Positions 45,072 through 56,557 are shown, numbered from the whole stretch's first letter. The stretch is 63,555 nucleotides of DNA, filler included, from Salisapilia sapeloensis CBS 127946 (GCA_023334545.1; 7 parts of 7 records of this genome joined end to end with filler, not necessarily neighbours in it), one strand, 5' to 3'. Translations and numbers: made by a program. The notes: generated by a model from the letters alone, not told the origin.

Positions 45072-46742
45072 ATGGCTGCTGGTCCTCACTATCAATTCTC
45101 CCTCACGCTTCTCCAGATGGATCAGCGGCCACCGTATAACATGGGCATCCCCCGGCCCGGGATGCCGCCAAGTAGCGAGAACATGCAGGGGCCCCCGCGG
45201 CAGATGCAAGGGTACATGGATAACATGATGTTCGCCGACCCCATGCAGCAGATGCAGCAGGGCATGTATCAGCAGCGCATGCCCATGAGCAGTGGCATGC
45301 AGAGCCACCCGCAAGGGTTGATGGCGCCGGAAGAAGATCCGCGCTTCGTCGACGACATCATGAGTGCGCTCAACCCGAACGATCTGGAAAACTCCATGCC
45401 GGACCAATCGCACATGAACCAAATGCCCATGTACGACCAGAATGTCCGTTCCATGCCTCCTCCTCCGCAGCATCAGCAGCACCAGCAGCATCAACAACAA
45501 CAGCAGCCGATGCGGACGATGGGCATGGCGCAGTCTGTGCCGATGAGCATGCCGCACCCCAGCATGTCTTCCCGTCTCCCTCAACCTCCTGTGAATTCTC
45601 AAATCGTGCCGACGTCGACGGCGACCACTTCACAAGCCACGAAGACGACAACGTCTGCTCCAGCTACGAACAGCAGCGACGAGGAGGGTGGAGACGATGT
45701 TCAGAAGAAGAAGGAGCGTCGTCGTCAGCAGGTTCGCTACGCGTCTCGTCGACGTCGTAAGAAGCAAAAGGACGAAGAGACCTTTTTGCGCGACCGTATC
45801 GATGAGCTAAAGGAGCAGATTCGTATCATCGGAGGAGACTTGACGGAGCAGGCGAGTCAGATGGCTGGTATGAGTGAACAGGCGTTGACGGATGCGTACG
45901 AGAAGCAAATGGCGACGGTCCAGTCTCTCCGGAAGGACAACAATCTGCTGAAAGAACAGCTCTTACAGCATGAAAACTTTGCTCGTATGATCCAGTACGG
46001 ACTGAACGCACTACCGAGCGACTGTCGCGACGTGGACAGGAAGAAGATTGCGAGCATGCCGATGTGGTTTGGCGACCAGATGAGTGCCTTGAAAGGTCCG
46101 ACACTCGTGGTGGACTTAAATCTCTGTCACGAAGCCGTGCGAGAGGCGTACAATGAGCTTAAGACGTTCGGTCCGTCCGTGACGTCCAAGACGAACGTGT
46201 GCTACGCCATGGGGTGGAAGACAGAGCTGTGGGCGAACGATACGTGTCTGTCGTTCCGAGCGAGTCGCTCCATTAGTGACAAGAACATCCGAGAGGTGGC
46301 CAACGCCAGCTGGGAGATCATCACGACGCCGGACAAGTGCAAGCGCATTTACCCAGACGTGAAGCAGTTCCGCATCTTGCAAAAGGTGACGGACGATATC
46401 GTCGTCGTCCACCGCATCCAGAGTGTGGCATCGGACTTGACGGATCGGGAGTTCATCAGCGTTGCCTTCCGTGTGCGAGACGATAACAATTACTACATTG
46501 GTCTCAAGACGATCCAGGTGCAGACCGAGTGCGCAGAGAACTGTCTGCGTGCAGAGGAGTGCCAGGGGTGGATGTTCACGGGCGAGTCGAACGACGAAAC
46601 GAGTCCTTGGAAGGCCCACTTTTTGGGTTACTACGACGTCAAAGGAGACAAGGACGACAAGATGCTCAACCAGCTGGCGAACGAAGCTATGTTCGGGATG
46701 CTCCGCTGGGAGAGCGAGGCCATGCATCCGCTCAGCGTGTAA
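45072..46742 (+). CDS. Val-type bZIP transcription factor with Q/M-rich N-terminus and START-like domain (paralog 2)
   Basis: RRRQQVRYASRRRRKKQKDEETFLRDRIDEL; MGWKTELWA...WEIITTPDKC...REFISVAFR...AEECQGWMF...FLGYYD; start at 45072 or 45117. Confidence 0.85.
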   Translation: MAAGPHYQFSLTLLQMDQRPPYNMGIPRPGMPPSSENMQGPPRQMQGYMDNMMFADPMQQMQQGMYQQRMPMSSGMQSHPQGLMAPEEDPRFVDDIMSALNPNDLENSMPDQSHMNQMPMYDQNVRSMPPPPQHQQHQQHQQQQQPMRTMGMAQSVPMSMPHPSMSSRLPQPPVNSQIVPTSTATTSQATKTTTSAPATNSSDEEGGDDVQKKKERRRQQVRYASRRRRKKQKDEETFLRDRIDELKEQIRIIGGDLTEQASQMAGMSEQALTDAYEKQMATVQSLRKDNNLLKEQLLQHENFARMIQYGLNALPSDCRDVDRKKIASMPMWFGDQMSALKGPTLVVDLNLCHEAVREAYNELKTFGPSVTSKTNVCYAMGWKTELWANDTCLSFRASRSISDKNIREVANASWEIITTPDKCKRIYPDVKQFRILQKVTDDIVVVHRIQSVASDLTDREFISVAFRVRDDNNYYIGLKTIQVQTECAENCLRAEECQGWMFTGESNDETSPWKAHFLGYYDVKGDKDDKMLNQLANEAMFGMLRWESEAMHPLSV

Positions 46743-46824
46743 TTTCTTTCTTTCAGTTGTTTCTTTTCTTTTTCAGTGGAGTAGCTTAAGAATCAGTTTT
46801 CGACTTGGAGTACTTGTGTTTGAG

Positions 46825-47970
46825 ATGAAAATTGTCATAATTGGAGGAAGCTTTGGCGGACTTGGGTGCGCCCAGACGCTCGCCAAGCAGCTCTCTCCAA
46901 AGGACGACGTCGACGTGCTGCTCATTGAAAAGAGCAATCACTTTTACCATGTCGTCGGGGCGCCTCGAGCACTCGTTGAAGAGAATTTTGTGCCAAAGCT
47001 GTTCATCCCGTACGACTATGCTCTGCCGCCTTCCTGCTCCTTTGTGTCCATCGTCCAGGGTCAAGTGACCGATATCTCCACTGCGAATATGGTCGTGTCC
47101 TATGAGCGGGACGGGGAGACTCTAACGACGGACTTTGACTACCTCGTGCTCGCGACGGGCAGTGCGTACCCCGTTCCCATCAAGCAAGACTTCCAGGACC
47201 CTTCGAGAGAACACATGGAGCAGGTGATGAGAGAAGCGAGAGACGAGATCGCTAACGCCTCGAGTGTCCTCGTCGTCGGAGGGGGTGCTGTTGGGTGCGA
47301 AATCGCAGGAGAAATCGTTTCCAAGTACTCGGACAAGTCGGTGACGTTGCTCGACTCTAAGGAAGAGCTGTTGGCCGGAAACAAGCTCCAGCCAAAGTTT
47401 CGTCGGTTGCTGAATGAAAAGATGGAGCAAAAGGGTATTCGTCTGGTGCTAGGAGAGCGCATGACGGAACGACTGCAGGGTCATCACTTTGGGAAGAAGA
47501 CTATCAAGACCGACAAGGGCACGGAGATCGAGACGGAAGTCCAGCTCTTGTGCGGAGGCTTTAAGCCCATGTCTGAACTCATGAAAAACGTCGATGAAGA
47601 CGTCGTGGATGAACGAGGTAGCGTCATTGTCAACGACGCCATGCAGGTCGAAAAGTACCCGTTCATCTTCGCAGTGGGCGACGTCAGCAGCCATCGTGCT
47701 CCCAAGACGGGGTATTGGGCTGGACAGCAAGGCATCCATTTGGCCAAACAGCTTACGTATCTCGTACGCTCCAAGGGAGAGCACAAGCTGGATGACTATC
47801 CGCATGATCAGACTGAGATCATATTGCTGCCGCTCGGACCTTGCCACGGTGTCTCCCAACTCCCAGTGCTAGGTGGTACTGTCATGGGAGATAAGACGAC
47901 GTGGCTGATGAAAGGTCGTGACATGTTCGCGTGGAAGCAGTGGCATGATCTTGGTGCATGTGCGCCTTGA
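46825..47970 (+). CDS. AIFM2/FSP1(AMID)-like FAD-dependent pyridine-nucleotide oxidoreductase (paralog 1)
   Basis: IVIIGGSFGG, FDYLVLATGS, VLVVGGGAVGCEIAGEI, IFAVGD, KGRDMF; true ATG at 46825. Confidence 0.92.
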   Translation: MKIVIIGGSFGGLGCAQTLAKQLSPKDDVDVLLIEKSNHFYHVVGAPRALVEENFVPKLFIPYDYALPPSCSFVSIVQGQVTDISTANMVVSYERDGETLTTDFDYLVLATGSAYPVPIKQDFQDPSREHMEQVMREARDEIANASSVLVVGGGAVGCEIAGEIVSKYSDKSVTLLDSKEELLAGNKLQPKFRRLLNEKMEQKGIRLVLGERMTERLQGHHFGKKTIKTDKGTEIETEVQLLCGGFKPMSELMKNVDEDVVDERGSVIVNDAMQVEKYPFIFAVGDVSSHRAPKTGYWAGQQGIHLAKQLTYLVRSKGEHKLDDYPHDQTEIILLPLGPCHGVSQLPVLGGTVMGDKTTWLMKGRDMFAWKQWHDLGACAP

Positions 47971-48103
47971 GCGCATCCTTCCCTTGAAGATTTCGCTGAC
48001 GGTCATTTAATTCGCAATCTATATCACTTTGCTCTTTTTCCACCAATCGTACTTCGAAGAAGTCGTAAACTACGTCAGAAGTTGCAACAAGAAGCTAAAG
48101 AGG

Positions 48104-49550
48104 ATGGCATCCAGAACTCCGTGTGCCTTCTTCGCTCAAGGCAAGTGCCGAAAGGGAGCTCGCTGCCAGTTCTCACATTCGGACGATTATGATGCGGCAA
48201 CTAGGTCCATGCCATGCAAATTTTACCTCCAAGGCCACTGTCGAGCAGGTACTTTACCATCATAACGACAGTGTCATTCCCATTCTTACGTTGATGGCAC
48301 ATAGGACGAAGCTGCCAGTTCTCTCATACAGCAGCTCAGCAGGCGCAGTCTCAGTCTACAGTTGTTAGTAGCACTGGTGAGGCTCGTTTGCGTCATGGAG
48401 CGATCCGCCAGACGTGCAAATTCTTTCTCGAAGGTACTTGCACCGCAGGCAGTCGATGTCCGTACATCCACGAGACCCGTCAGAAGGATAGCAATAGTGA
48501 TAGGAAGCAGACGCAGACGAAGAGTGGCGTGAAGATGCACGTACTGAAGAAGAATGGACAGAAAAGTAGCAAGGAGCAAGCAGAGGCACAAGACGCAGAG
48601 GAGAAGGCTCCGCCACCAGTCTCTGCGTGGACACAGTCAAAGGAGGAGAATGAGGAAGACGGGTCTGAAGGCGAGAATGGAACGGAATTGCGTGATCTGA
48701 TCTCGAGAGAAGAAGGTAAGTCCCTCACGACAGCAGTAGTGACAATTCCTTCTTACACTGTCGATAGATGTGTACTACTACGGCGCTCCTGGAGAGTTCG
48801 AGGACATTTCAGCAAACCCGACGCCAGCTCCACAACACTCGTATCGGGAGATCGCGTCGAAAAACATTGAAGAAGACTTTTCGGACCCAGTCCAGGAGCA
48901 TCCCGCCCCACCGTACGTCCTTTTAAGCATTATCCACTACCTCCAAAGCCTGACTTGATGCGATTAGAAAGCTCTGTACGTTCTATCTCCAAGGTCTATG
49001 CAGGTACGGAGATTCTTGCTTTTACTCTCACGACGAGAACGCGTCCGCCCGTGTCGATGAAGACGAGCAGGCGATTGTCGCCCAAGAGATCGAGGACTCG
49101 AAAGAGCTCGAGTGCAATATCTGCTATGACCTCGTCTACGACCGACAGGAGCGCTTTGGACTCTTACTCGGATGCAACCACGCCTTTTGCCTGTCATGCG
49201 TCCGTAACTGGCGAGGCCAGTTGGAGCAGTCGAGGCAGAGCGTACGTCAGTGCCCTGTATGTCGCGTGGAAACGCACTTCATCGTGCCGTGCAATCGGAT
49301 GGTGACTGATCCGGAGAGAAAGGAACGTGTGGTGGAAGAGTACAAGAAGAGCTTGGCTAAGGTCCCGTGCCGACACTTTGACCAGGGGAGAGGAACCTGT
49401 CCGTTCGGCACGAGCTGCTTCTACGCGCACAACTATCCGGACGGAACGCCTGCGCCACGAGAAGTGCGTACGGCAGTGGATTCGGAAGGAAACTACGATG
49501 TCTTGCGCCAAGTACGTCTGGAGAACTACTTGGGCCAGCCTCTGAGTTAA
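48104..49550 (+). CDS. MKRN: Makorin-type CCCH zinc-finger / RING E3 ligase, 4 exons
   Basis: Introns 48249-48304, 48716-48767, 48913-48967; four N-terminal/central CCCH fingers, RING CNIC...RFGLLLGCNHAFCLSCVRNWR...CPVCR, C-terminal CRHFDQGRGTCPFGTSCFYAH. Confidence 0.9.
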
Positions 49551-49615
49551 AAAGGAACAAGAGATTTGATTTTAGTTACCTATGGTAACCCTGGTCTACA
49601 AATCACGTTCATAGT

Positions 49616-50466
49616 CTAGGCAGATGGTAGTCGCACAGAGGTTGAGCCGTCCTCTTCTCCGAAGAGAGCCTTTTCGACCATGTCACAGAAGAGTCCGACT
49701 TCCACAACACCAGGAAGTAGTTTTACTCTGTCGTTCAATGTCTTTGGGTCCTCGATTTCACCAAACTAGACGAAAGATTAGACACTGCTGTCATGATGGA
49801 GCTAGAAGAAGATGTACCTCTACGTCTAAGATGAAGTTTCCATTGTCCGTCACAAGCGGACCTGCTTTTCGCTCGGCCATGCGTAGCACCGGCTTGCCCT
49901 GAAAGTCTGCCTCTAGACGCTGCATGATAGGAACGTAGGCCATGGGAACGACCTCCACAGGCACACCCTTGTGCCACTTTTGGCCTAACTTTTTGCTCTC
50001 TTTCCTGTAGTCGGCAATGACCACGAATTTCTTCGCAGCAGCCGCGACAATCTTTTCCTGGAGCAAGCAGCCACCGCCACCCTTGATACAGTTCAGTTGG
50101 GCATCCACCTCGTCTGCACCGTCGATGGTGACATCGATCACAGGGTCAGCGTCCAGACTCGTGATGACGAGCTTGTTGTCTTTGCACAGTTGCTGCGCCT
50201 GGAAGGACGTCGGGATGCACTTGATCGTCAAATGCTTTTCGAGCACCAGCTCTCCCAATCGCTCCGCAGCGTAGATCACGGTCGAGCCACTGCCGATACC
50301 GACGACGTGTCCGTCTCGCACGTACTCATCTACGGCCATTCGAGCCACCTGCACCACACAGCGGCCATCTCGTCACGAATCACACCACAAGTTAAATTTT
50401 CAGTCCAATGCATACCGTGCGCTTAGCTGCCTCATAGGAAGAAGTTGGTTGCATCTTGCCCTCCAT
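49616..50466 (-). CDS. RPIA: Ribose-5-phosphate isomerase A, 3 exons
   Basis: [46 protein letters not shown]; exon 1 50416-50466 joins via intron 50349-50415. Confidence 0.96.
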
Positions 50467-50609
50467 CGAAAAGAAAATAGAATGAAAAATAATTTATAAA
50501 GACGAGTGGCCTTAACTACGCAAACACGTTTTTAAAGAATGCGATGGGTAGGAATTAGACATCTAATTCGTCCTCAATTCATCCACCTGGATTGACACTA
50601 TCGATTGAC

Positions 50610-51367
50610 ATGTCAAGACCTCTTCGAGCGGTTCCCACCACCTTTACGAGGTTTCCACCGTCTCCATTCAAGCGTGTGGTCTACAAGAAGGATGCTGGCG
50701 GTTTGGAACATCACTGGACTCAAGTCCAGCGAAGATGCCATAGTTCCTCTCCAGACACGTCGAAACTGATGTCGGAACTTCGACACGCGCTCCAAGACCC
50801 GGATGCTTCGCGCCGATTGAGCGCCCATTTGTCTTCATCTACTGCTCGTGGTCTCTCATCCGCTCTGAAGCAAGTGCGAAAGAGTTGTCCTATACATCCT
50901 CAAACAGTAGTCCGAGTGAATCAGCGTGATCTGAGAAAAATCATGCTGCAGCACGGCCTGCCTTTCATCGCTTTTGGGTTGCTCGACAACGCCATCATGA
51001 TCATAGCAGGAGACTACATAGATCTAAAGCTCGGTGCTTCACTAGGAATTTCATCCATGGCTGCTGCTGGCATTGGCAATACCATCTCAGACGTCGCTGG
51101 CCTAGGACTCGGTGGTGTCGTGGAAGACTTTTGCGCTCGCCTAGGACTGCCTATTCCAGATCTTACTTCCCAGCAGGTACGCCCGCTAGTATGTGTATAA
51201 TTACGGTATGTAGCTGACATGACGGAACGTAGCTTATGCAAAAGGAAGTTCGACTGGCCAAAATGTTCGGAAGTGGCGTTGGTGTCGTCATAGGCTGTGT
51301 GATAGGTATGGCACCTTTGCTCTTCCTCGAGACTCGCGAAGATCAGGAAAATTCAATTGTCGAGTGA
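50610..51367 (+). CDS. TMEM65: TMEM65-like mitochondrial membrane protein, 2 exons
   Basis: LPFIAFGLLDNAIMIIAGDYID, MAAAGIGNTISD, GVVIGCVIGMAPL after intron 51177-51232. Confidence 0.88.
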
Positions 51368-51430
51368 GAAGTTATAAAGGAATAGACCAAGTAGAGGATA
51401 GCTGGAAGGAACTGTCGATATCGATTATTG

Positions 51431-52777
51431 TCATGCAATAGTGAACTGTTTATACGATTCCGGTACACCAACCCAGTCTCCTATCGTCTTCTTAAACCTT
51501 GTCTGCCGATCGAGATGCGTAACTTGGCCCATTCCATTCATATTTGAACCTGCAGCAACCTGCTCTTTTAGTGCAGAGTACGTCATCTCTTCCAATTTCT
51601 CTTTTGAAACTCCATCCTTGGTCTTGATGAAAACAAATGCACGCAACAAGGTCTTCTTCGATAGTCGAGACGCAACTTTTTCCACTTGCTGCGAGGTCAG
51701 TTGCGAAATCTTCTTTGCCCCTTGCTTGAGTCCAGTCGCTGCCATTAACCTCTCCACTTCATCACCTTTGCAAAATTTTGTCAACTCATGTTCGACGTCC
51801 GCGACTTTCCAATGCGCTTCATTTCGACTCCAGCTCAAGGCAAGAGGCGAAGGCTTCTTCTCAGGAGAAAGCACTAGTGACGGGTACATCGTATTCACAA
51901 TGTCCAGTTCACAAGGGTGGACGAAAGGCTGATAAGTACCAGAGGTATCTTGGAAACGGTCATAAACTGCGCGTTGGAGTGCCTGCTTCTGTACCTCTGA
52001 CGAGAAAGCATTCTCATCTTTGGAAACTTGAATGGACTGGATGAACAGCGGCTCGTACCAATTCAGCAGCAGTGTCCCTTGGACACCCAAGTGCATCCAT
52101 TTGGCTATCTTGTCCGAGCAGCTCATGGACAGAGTTCGCTTCGATGGTGGCAAATCCGAACGACCGGATTTAACACGCGCTATGCCTACTTCCTGATCAA
52201 ATTTCTTCTTGGGCAAAATCTCGCTATCATCCGATCCTTTTCTTTTCTTCATGTTTGATTTTGCTCCTGTGAACTTCAATTCATTTCGCACAGTGATATC
52301 GAACGATGCATCTTGGTTCTCTCGCTCTTTTCGATTTGTGATATATTCATCCAGAACGTCGTCTTTCAAGCGGTAGATGGCTGCGTCGCCACATGGAGAT
52401 TCGCTAATGTACATGTACAATCGAACGCCATGCTTGAATTGGAGTTTCTCGCTATGAGGATTCTTTTTAAATAGCGAATTAGGATTGTGCTCCGATGAGG
52501 CTCGAATAGAGATTTGCTCGCAGTAGAGGTAGCGCAGAAGAGCTCTTCGCGCTAGGATCTCCGCATGGCAGTCATTCAGCACAAGTCCTTCATTTTGTAA
52601 ATCACACTGTCCAAGGCATTTCGTTCCAGTGGCCATGGAAAGCACCGTGTTGGTTTGCGATAGCTCATTGTGTGCAACGAATGCAGCTAGGACCGTCGAC
52701 TCTTGACCAGCCAGTTGCTTTTGAAAAGTTTTATTCTTAGCAGTAGCGCTCTTCACGGCTTCGACAAGCGATGACAT
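51431..52777 (-). CDS. ADAT1: tRNA-specific adenosine-37 deaminase (ADAT1/Tad1-like)
   Basis: MATGTKC, DCHAEILARRALLRYL, YISESPCGDA, SMSCSDKIAKW; ADAR-type deaminase domain without dsRBDs. Confidence 0.88.
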   Translation of the reverse strand: MSSLVEAVKSATAKNKTFQKQLAGQESTVLAAFVAHNELSQTNTVLSMATGTKCLGQCDLQNEGLVLNDCHAEILARRALLRYLYCEQISIRASSEHNPNSLFKKNPHSEKLQFKHGVRLYMYISESPCGDAAIYRLKDDVLDEYITNRKERENQDASFDITVRNELKFTGAKSNMKKRKGSDDSEILPKKKFDQEVGIARVKSGRSDLPPSKRTLSMSCSDKIAKWMHLGVQGTLLLNWYEPLFIQSIQVSKDENAFSSEVQKQALQRAVYDRFQDTSGTYQPFVHPCELDIVNTMYPSLVLSPEKKPSPLALSWSRNEAHWKVADVEHELTKFCKGDEVERLMAATGLKQGAKKISQLTSQQVEKVASRLSKKTLLRAFVFIKTKDGVSKEKLEEMTYSALKEQVAAGSNMNGMGQVTHLDRQTRFKKTIGDWVGVPESYKQFTIA

Positions 52778-52945
52778 TAAAAATTGACGAGCTAGTACAC
52801 AAGCACGCTAATGAAGCCGGCAATCCTGTTTTTCATCTAGCAAACGGTCTACCGGATGGCACTATTTCGGTACAGCCACTTTCTATCCTTCCTACACGTC
52901 TACATATACTTCTTACTTCTACCACCAAACTCCTTAACAAAGTGT

Positions 52946-54454
52946 CTACAAGACGTATCGATTCGCCATTGCCTCCCGATCCGTTCGCATTCTTTCGTAC
53001 GACAGGATGGATTCGAGCGACGCACTTTTACTTAGTGACCGATGCGCCTTTGCGAACGCATTCACACATGCATCGAGACGGAAGACGCCCATAAAGTTAG
53101 CACCACAGGAATATGTTTGCCGCCCGATTCGAAGAGCCAGATTCGTTTCTTGATGAAAGTATCCTGGCTGCTTGATATTGCCAAAGACGCTCAAAAACTC
53201 CACTAGAAGCTTTCCTGTCGACACGGTCTTTGCCCGAGCTGAAGTGGCATCAGAGTACAAATGTGATGGGAAGATGGACGCAACCATCATGTACAATCGG
53301 TAGCTACCGAGACCTCCCGTAAAAGGCTTGTCCAAGTCGTTTTGGTGCAAAAATTCCTTCAACACTGCCACGAGCGCGAGGTACGGCCGTCCAAGGATAC
53401 GCTGCAAACCAGATACGATAGACGTCGATATACCAGGCCCACTGGTCAAGAATGCCTGCTCATGCACGCCAATGTCGATGGAGAACTGCGTATCCGGTTC
53501 GAGTACCATCAATATAGGAATCTTGGCTTTACGAAGAAGTTTGATCTCAAGCGATGGGCGCTCGGTACGGAGCAGTGCTCGTAGAGCATGGAGTCGACGG
53601 AGTTTATCACTACGATATGAAGGGTTCCATGGCGACTTCTCTTTCGTCCGCGGGCTTTCCATTAAAAGGTCAAGCAGAGTCTGTAGCTGCTCTGCATTCG
53701 TCTGACTGACACTCGGTGGAGCTATCGTTGGCGGAACGTAAATATTTAAAGACATGTCCATGTCGGTAGAATCTTCCGGCGAGCCGCTCTTATCGACGCT
53801 TGGTGACTGGTTTACATCGTCGTCCTCCACACTGTCATCGATGACAATAACCTCGGGCTCGTTTCGTATGTCGCACGGATCGATTTTGTCTCGCAGGTTT
53901 CCACCAACAGTCAAATCAACGTCGCTGCGAAAAGTCTCCAAGCCACTTTTGGAAGAGCCATACGCGTTTACGGAGGCAGACGGATAGGAAGTGCACACGA
54001 GATCTCGAATGTCAGCAACGAGATGATCTCTATGTGCTTTTTCATTTGGAGCAAGCTCCACCACCTGGGCGAACGCTTCGATCTGATCATCCAGAGAATT
54101 CAAGTGCTGGTCGGCTGCACCCTGCTTAGCACGTTTCTGCTTTTTGTTGGTTCTTAATCGTACATGGTGATTTGAACGAGTGTCAACCTGATCAGGGCGT
54201 GCGTGCTTGGTTTTGTGGGGTGTTTTCATGCGAATAAACCCCTTTTCGACCTCATGCTGCTGCCAGTTAGTTGTATGGGAAGTTGCGCGGTGTTTTCGCG
54301 GCTTGTGGCTCTTTTTCCGATGCTCAGGTCGCGGTCGCTTTCCTCCAACACCTCGCGCCATTGCTGTGTGCGAATCGTTGTTACCTGAGTACTTTGATAC
54401 GGAGTAAGAGATGATTTTTCGCAGGTCTCGGATGTAGCTAGATGTACGTGTCAT
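52946..54454 (-). CDS. Non-canonical poly(A) polymerase (TRF4/PAPD5-like nucleotidyltransferase)
   Basis: YGSSKSG...SDVDL, KAKIPIL, IDIG, DKPFTGGLGSY; basic N-terminus; start could be 54454 or the downstream MARG ATG. Confidence 0.85.
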   Translation of the reverse strand: MTRTSSYIRDLRKIISYSVSKYSGNNDSHTAMARGVGGKRPRPEHRKKSHKPRKHRATSHTTNWQQHEVEKGFIRMKTPHKTKHARPDQVDTRSNHHVRLRTNKKQKRAKQGAADQHLNSLDDQIEAFAQVVELAPNEKAHRDHLVADIRDLVCTSYPSASVNAYGSSKSGLETFRSDVDLTVGGNLRDKIDPCDIRNEPEVIVIDDSVEDDDVNQSPSVDKSGSPEDSTDMDMSLNIYVPPTIAPPSVSQTNAEQLQTLLDLLMESPRTKEKSPWNPSYRSDKLRRLHALRALLRTERPSLEIKLLRKAKIPILMVLEPDTQFSIDIGVHEQAFLTSGPGISTSIVSGLQRILGRPYLALVAVLKEFLHQNDLDKPFTGGLGSYRLYMMVASIFPSHLYSDATSARAKTVSTGKLLVEFLSVFGNIKQPGYFHQETNLALRIGRQTYSCGANFMGVFRLDACVNAFAKAHRSLSKSASLESILSYERMRTDREAMANRYVL

Positions 54455-55074
54455 GCTGGATCAGCACTTCCGCTGCACCCTCTGGGAGCGTAAGCAATGA
54501 ACCTAGCTTTTTTGTCCGTTCCATCGTTATCAGACGCGACGGATCGCTTGACGCAATTCCGAGCGCTGCTTGTCGCCAGAAATCTGCGCATACACGACGA
54601 GATATTAAAGATGCGTCTCCATAGAGTAGCATATCGCCGGAGCTCGGAAATGGGCAGTAAACGCAAATGACCCCATTACAACGTGCAGAAGGGGAGATGG
54701 AAACAGATCCTTAACGTATAGGATCGTGACAATAACTCTCGTTTCCCGCTTCGCTGCAAAATTTTTTGCACTGGGATGGCACTCAACGTTGGATGAAAGT
54801 ACTGTACGAGCGCAGGTGGTGAAGAAGCCGGTCTACTATTCGACACGTATGTATCCAAACGTTGAGTCATGGAGAGAGAGACGCTTGAAGAAGAGTTTCT
54901 TATGTTTTACGCATGCTTCGCTTCGCCCGATTTATCTTGGTGTTTGAAAGATTTGAGGACAAAGCAAACGCGACACCATGTGCGCTCCGTGATCGTCCCG
55001 CAGGTTGAGAGACCAGTGTTTTCGATAGTGCAGAGCACGGCCATAAATAGGGTAGTCACATCAGCATAAGAAGA

Positions 55075-55090
55075 GCTCATTTCTACATCT
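55075..55090 (+). promoter_or_regulatory. INR(+FPR)-like core promoter
   Basis: GCTCATTTCTACATCT, one mismatch to the oomycete consensus, ending about 30 nt before ATG 55122. Confidence 0.55.
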
Positions 55091-55121
55091 AACTCGGACT
55101 AGCAAGACCAAACCTCCTCAT

Positions 55122-56306
55122 ATGCCTCGCGTTGTAATTGTTGGTGGTGGACCCGCCGGGATTGGCGCGATGCTGACCCTGGTCTACCAACTCACGAGAC
55201 AAGATGACACGGAAGTCGTACTTATGGAGAAAAGCAAGTACACCTACCATGCCCTCGGCACTCCGCGGGCGCTTGTCGAGCCATCGTACACAAACAAGAT
55301 TTTCATCCCGTTCGACAACGCCATACCAGAGCATGCCAGCTTGTTTGCGCGAGTGATTCGAGGACTGACCATCGGTATCGATGGCGTCAAGAACGAAATT
55401 CGCTACATCCCCATTGGTGGCGAGGATGAGACTGCTTCTGGCGCTGTCAAGACCATCATGTTTGACTATTTGATCCTAGCTACAGGAAGCACCTACCCAG
55501 CACCGATCAACCAGTCTCCGAACATTTACACGCGCAAGCAGACCGAAAGCCAGCTTTCGCACATGCGCGACAAAATAGAAGAGTCTAAAAGGGTCCTAAT
55601 CGTTGGCGGCGGAGCGGTCGGGTGTGAAATCGCTGGTGAAATCAAGTCCAAATATCCGAAAAAGTCGGTCACTATCGTCGAGTCTACCCATTTGCTTGTG
55701 AACTCGAGCACAGTGCTGCCAGCTTTCCGTTCTCGTCTGGACCGATACCTGTCCCGCCTTGGTATTAAAGTGATCAAGGGCGAGACGCTAACACCAAAGC
55801 CAACGGATCACGTTTTCGAACCACAGACTGTGGTAACGAACAAAGGTAGAGAGATTAAGGCAGACATCCAAATCTGCTGCGTCGGCTTTAAGCCCTCGAC
55901 GGAGCTCATGATGGACATGGACCCAAAGATGGTCGATGCGAACGGATTCATCAAGGTGAACGACCAGCTCCAGCTTGACAGCGAAAAGTATCAGCACATC
56001 TTTGCTCTAGGCGACACGAGTAACCACCCGACTCCGAAAATGGCGCTGCATGCACGCTGGCAGGGCGAATTCCTTGGCATGGAACTCGTTCAGCTGATTA
56101 GAGGAGAACAGGAGCATCTAACAAAGAGGTACATTAGTCCTCCTGTCGCGACACTTGTTCTTCCACTCGGACCGAAGGGCGGTGTGACGCAGCTACCGTA
56201 TGGCAAAGGCATGGTGTTTGGTAATCTCGTGACGAGAACGATGAAGGGCAAAGACATGTTTGCTGGGAAGATGTGGCAGGCACTTGGCCAGACGATGCCA
56301 AAGTAA
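55122..56306 (+). CDS. AIFM2/FSP1(AMID)-like oxidoreductase (paralog 2)
   Basis: VVIVGGGPAG, FDYLILATGS, VLIVGGGAVGCEIAGEI, IFALGD, KGKDMF. Confidence 0.92.
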   Translation: MPRVVIVGGGPAGIGAMLTLVYQLTRQDDTEVVLMEKSKYTYHALGTPRALVEPSYTNKIFIPFDNAIPEHASLFARVIRGLTIGIDGVKNEIRYIPIGGEDETASGAVKTIMFDYLILATGSTYPAPINQSPNIYTRKQTESQLSHMRDKIEESKRVLIVGGGAVGCEIAGEIKSKYPKKSVTIVESTHLLVNSSTVLPAFRSRLDRYLSRLGIKVIKGETLTPKPTDHVFEPQTVVTNKGREIKADIQICCVGFKPSTELMMDMDPKMVDANGFIKVNDQLQLDSEKYQHIFALGDTSNHPTPKMALHARWQGEFLGMELVQLIRGEQEHLTKRYISPPVATLVLPLGPKGGVTQLPYGKGMVFGNLVTRTMKGKDMFAGKMWQALGQTMPK

Positions 56307-56557
56307 TGATTGTAGATGTTCTAGACGCTGATGATCCCGTAGGACGAATACTGGTGATCGCGCGCTTCGTGCATGTGGTGATAGATTGCGTAGATAAGGT
56401 GGTCAGTCGCAGAAGAATCAATAGAAGCTCTGTTTCTGCTACATTTTGTATTTATGAAGATTAAAGACCTTGGTGTCCTTGTCAATGCAGTAGATTCTTC
56501 TACTGGAGTTGTCAGCGTCTCGGAGCGATAGGTATAGCTAACTGTACATGGTAATAG

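Noticed and set aside
46462-46824. N-terminal extension of the 502-aa ORF
   Set aside because: It overlaps the bZIP-START gene in another frame; the oxidoreductase begins at ATG 46825.
54438-54632. Possible upstream exon of the TRF4-like gene
   Set aside because: None of the acceptors I tested joins it in frame to the nucleotidyltransferase ORF.
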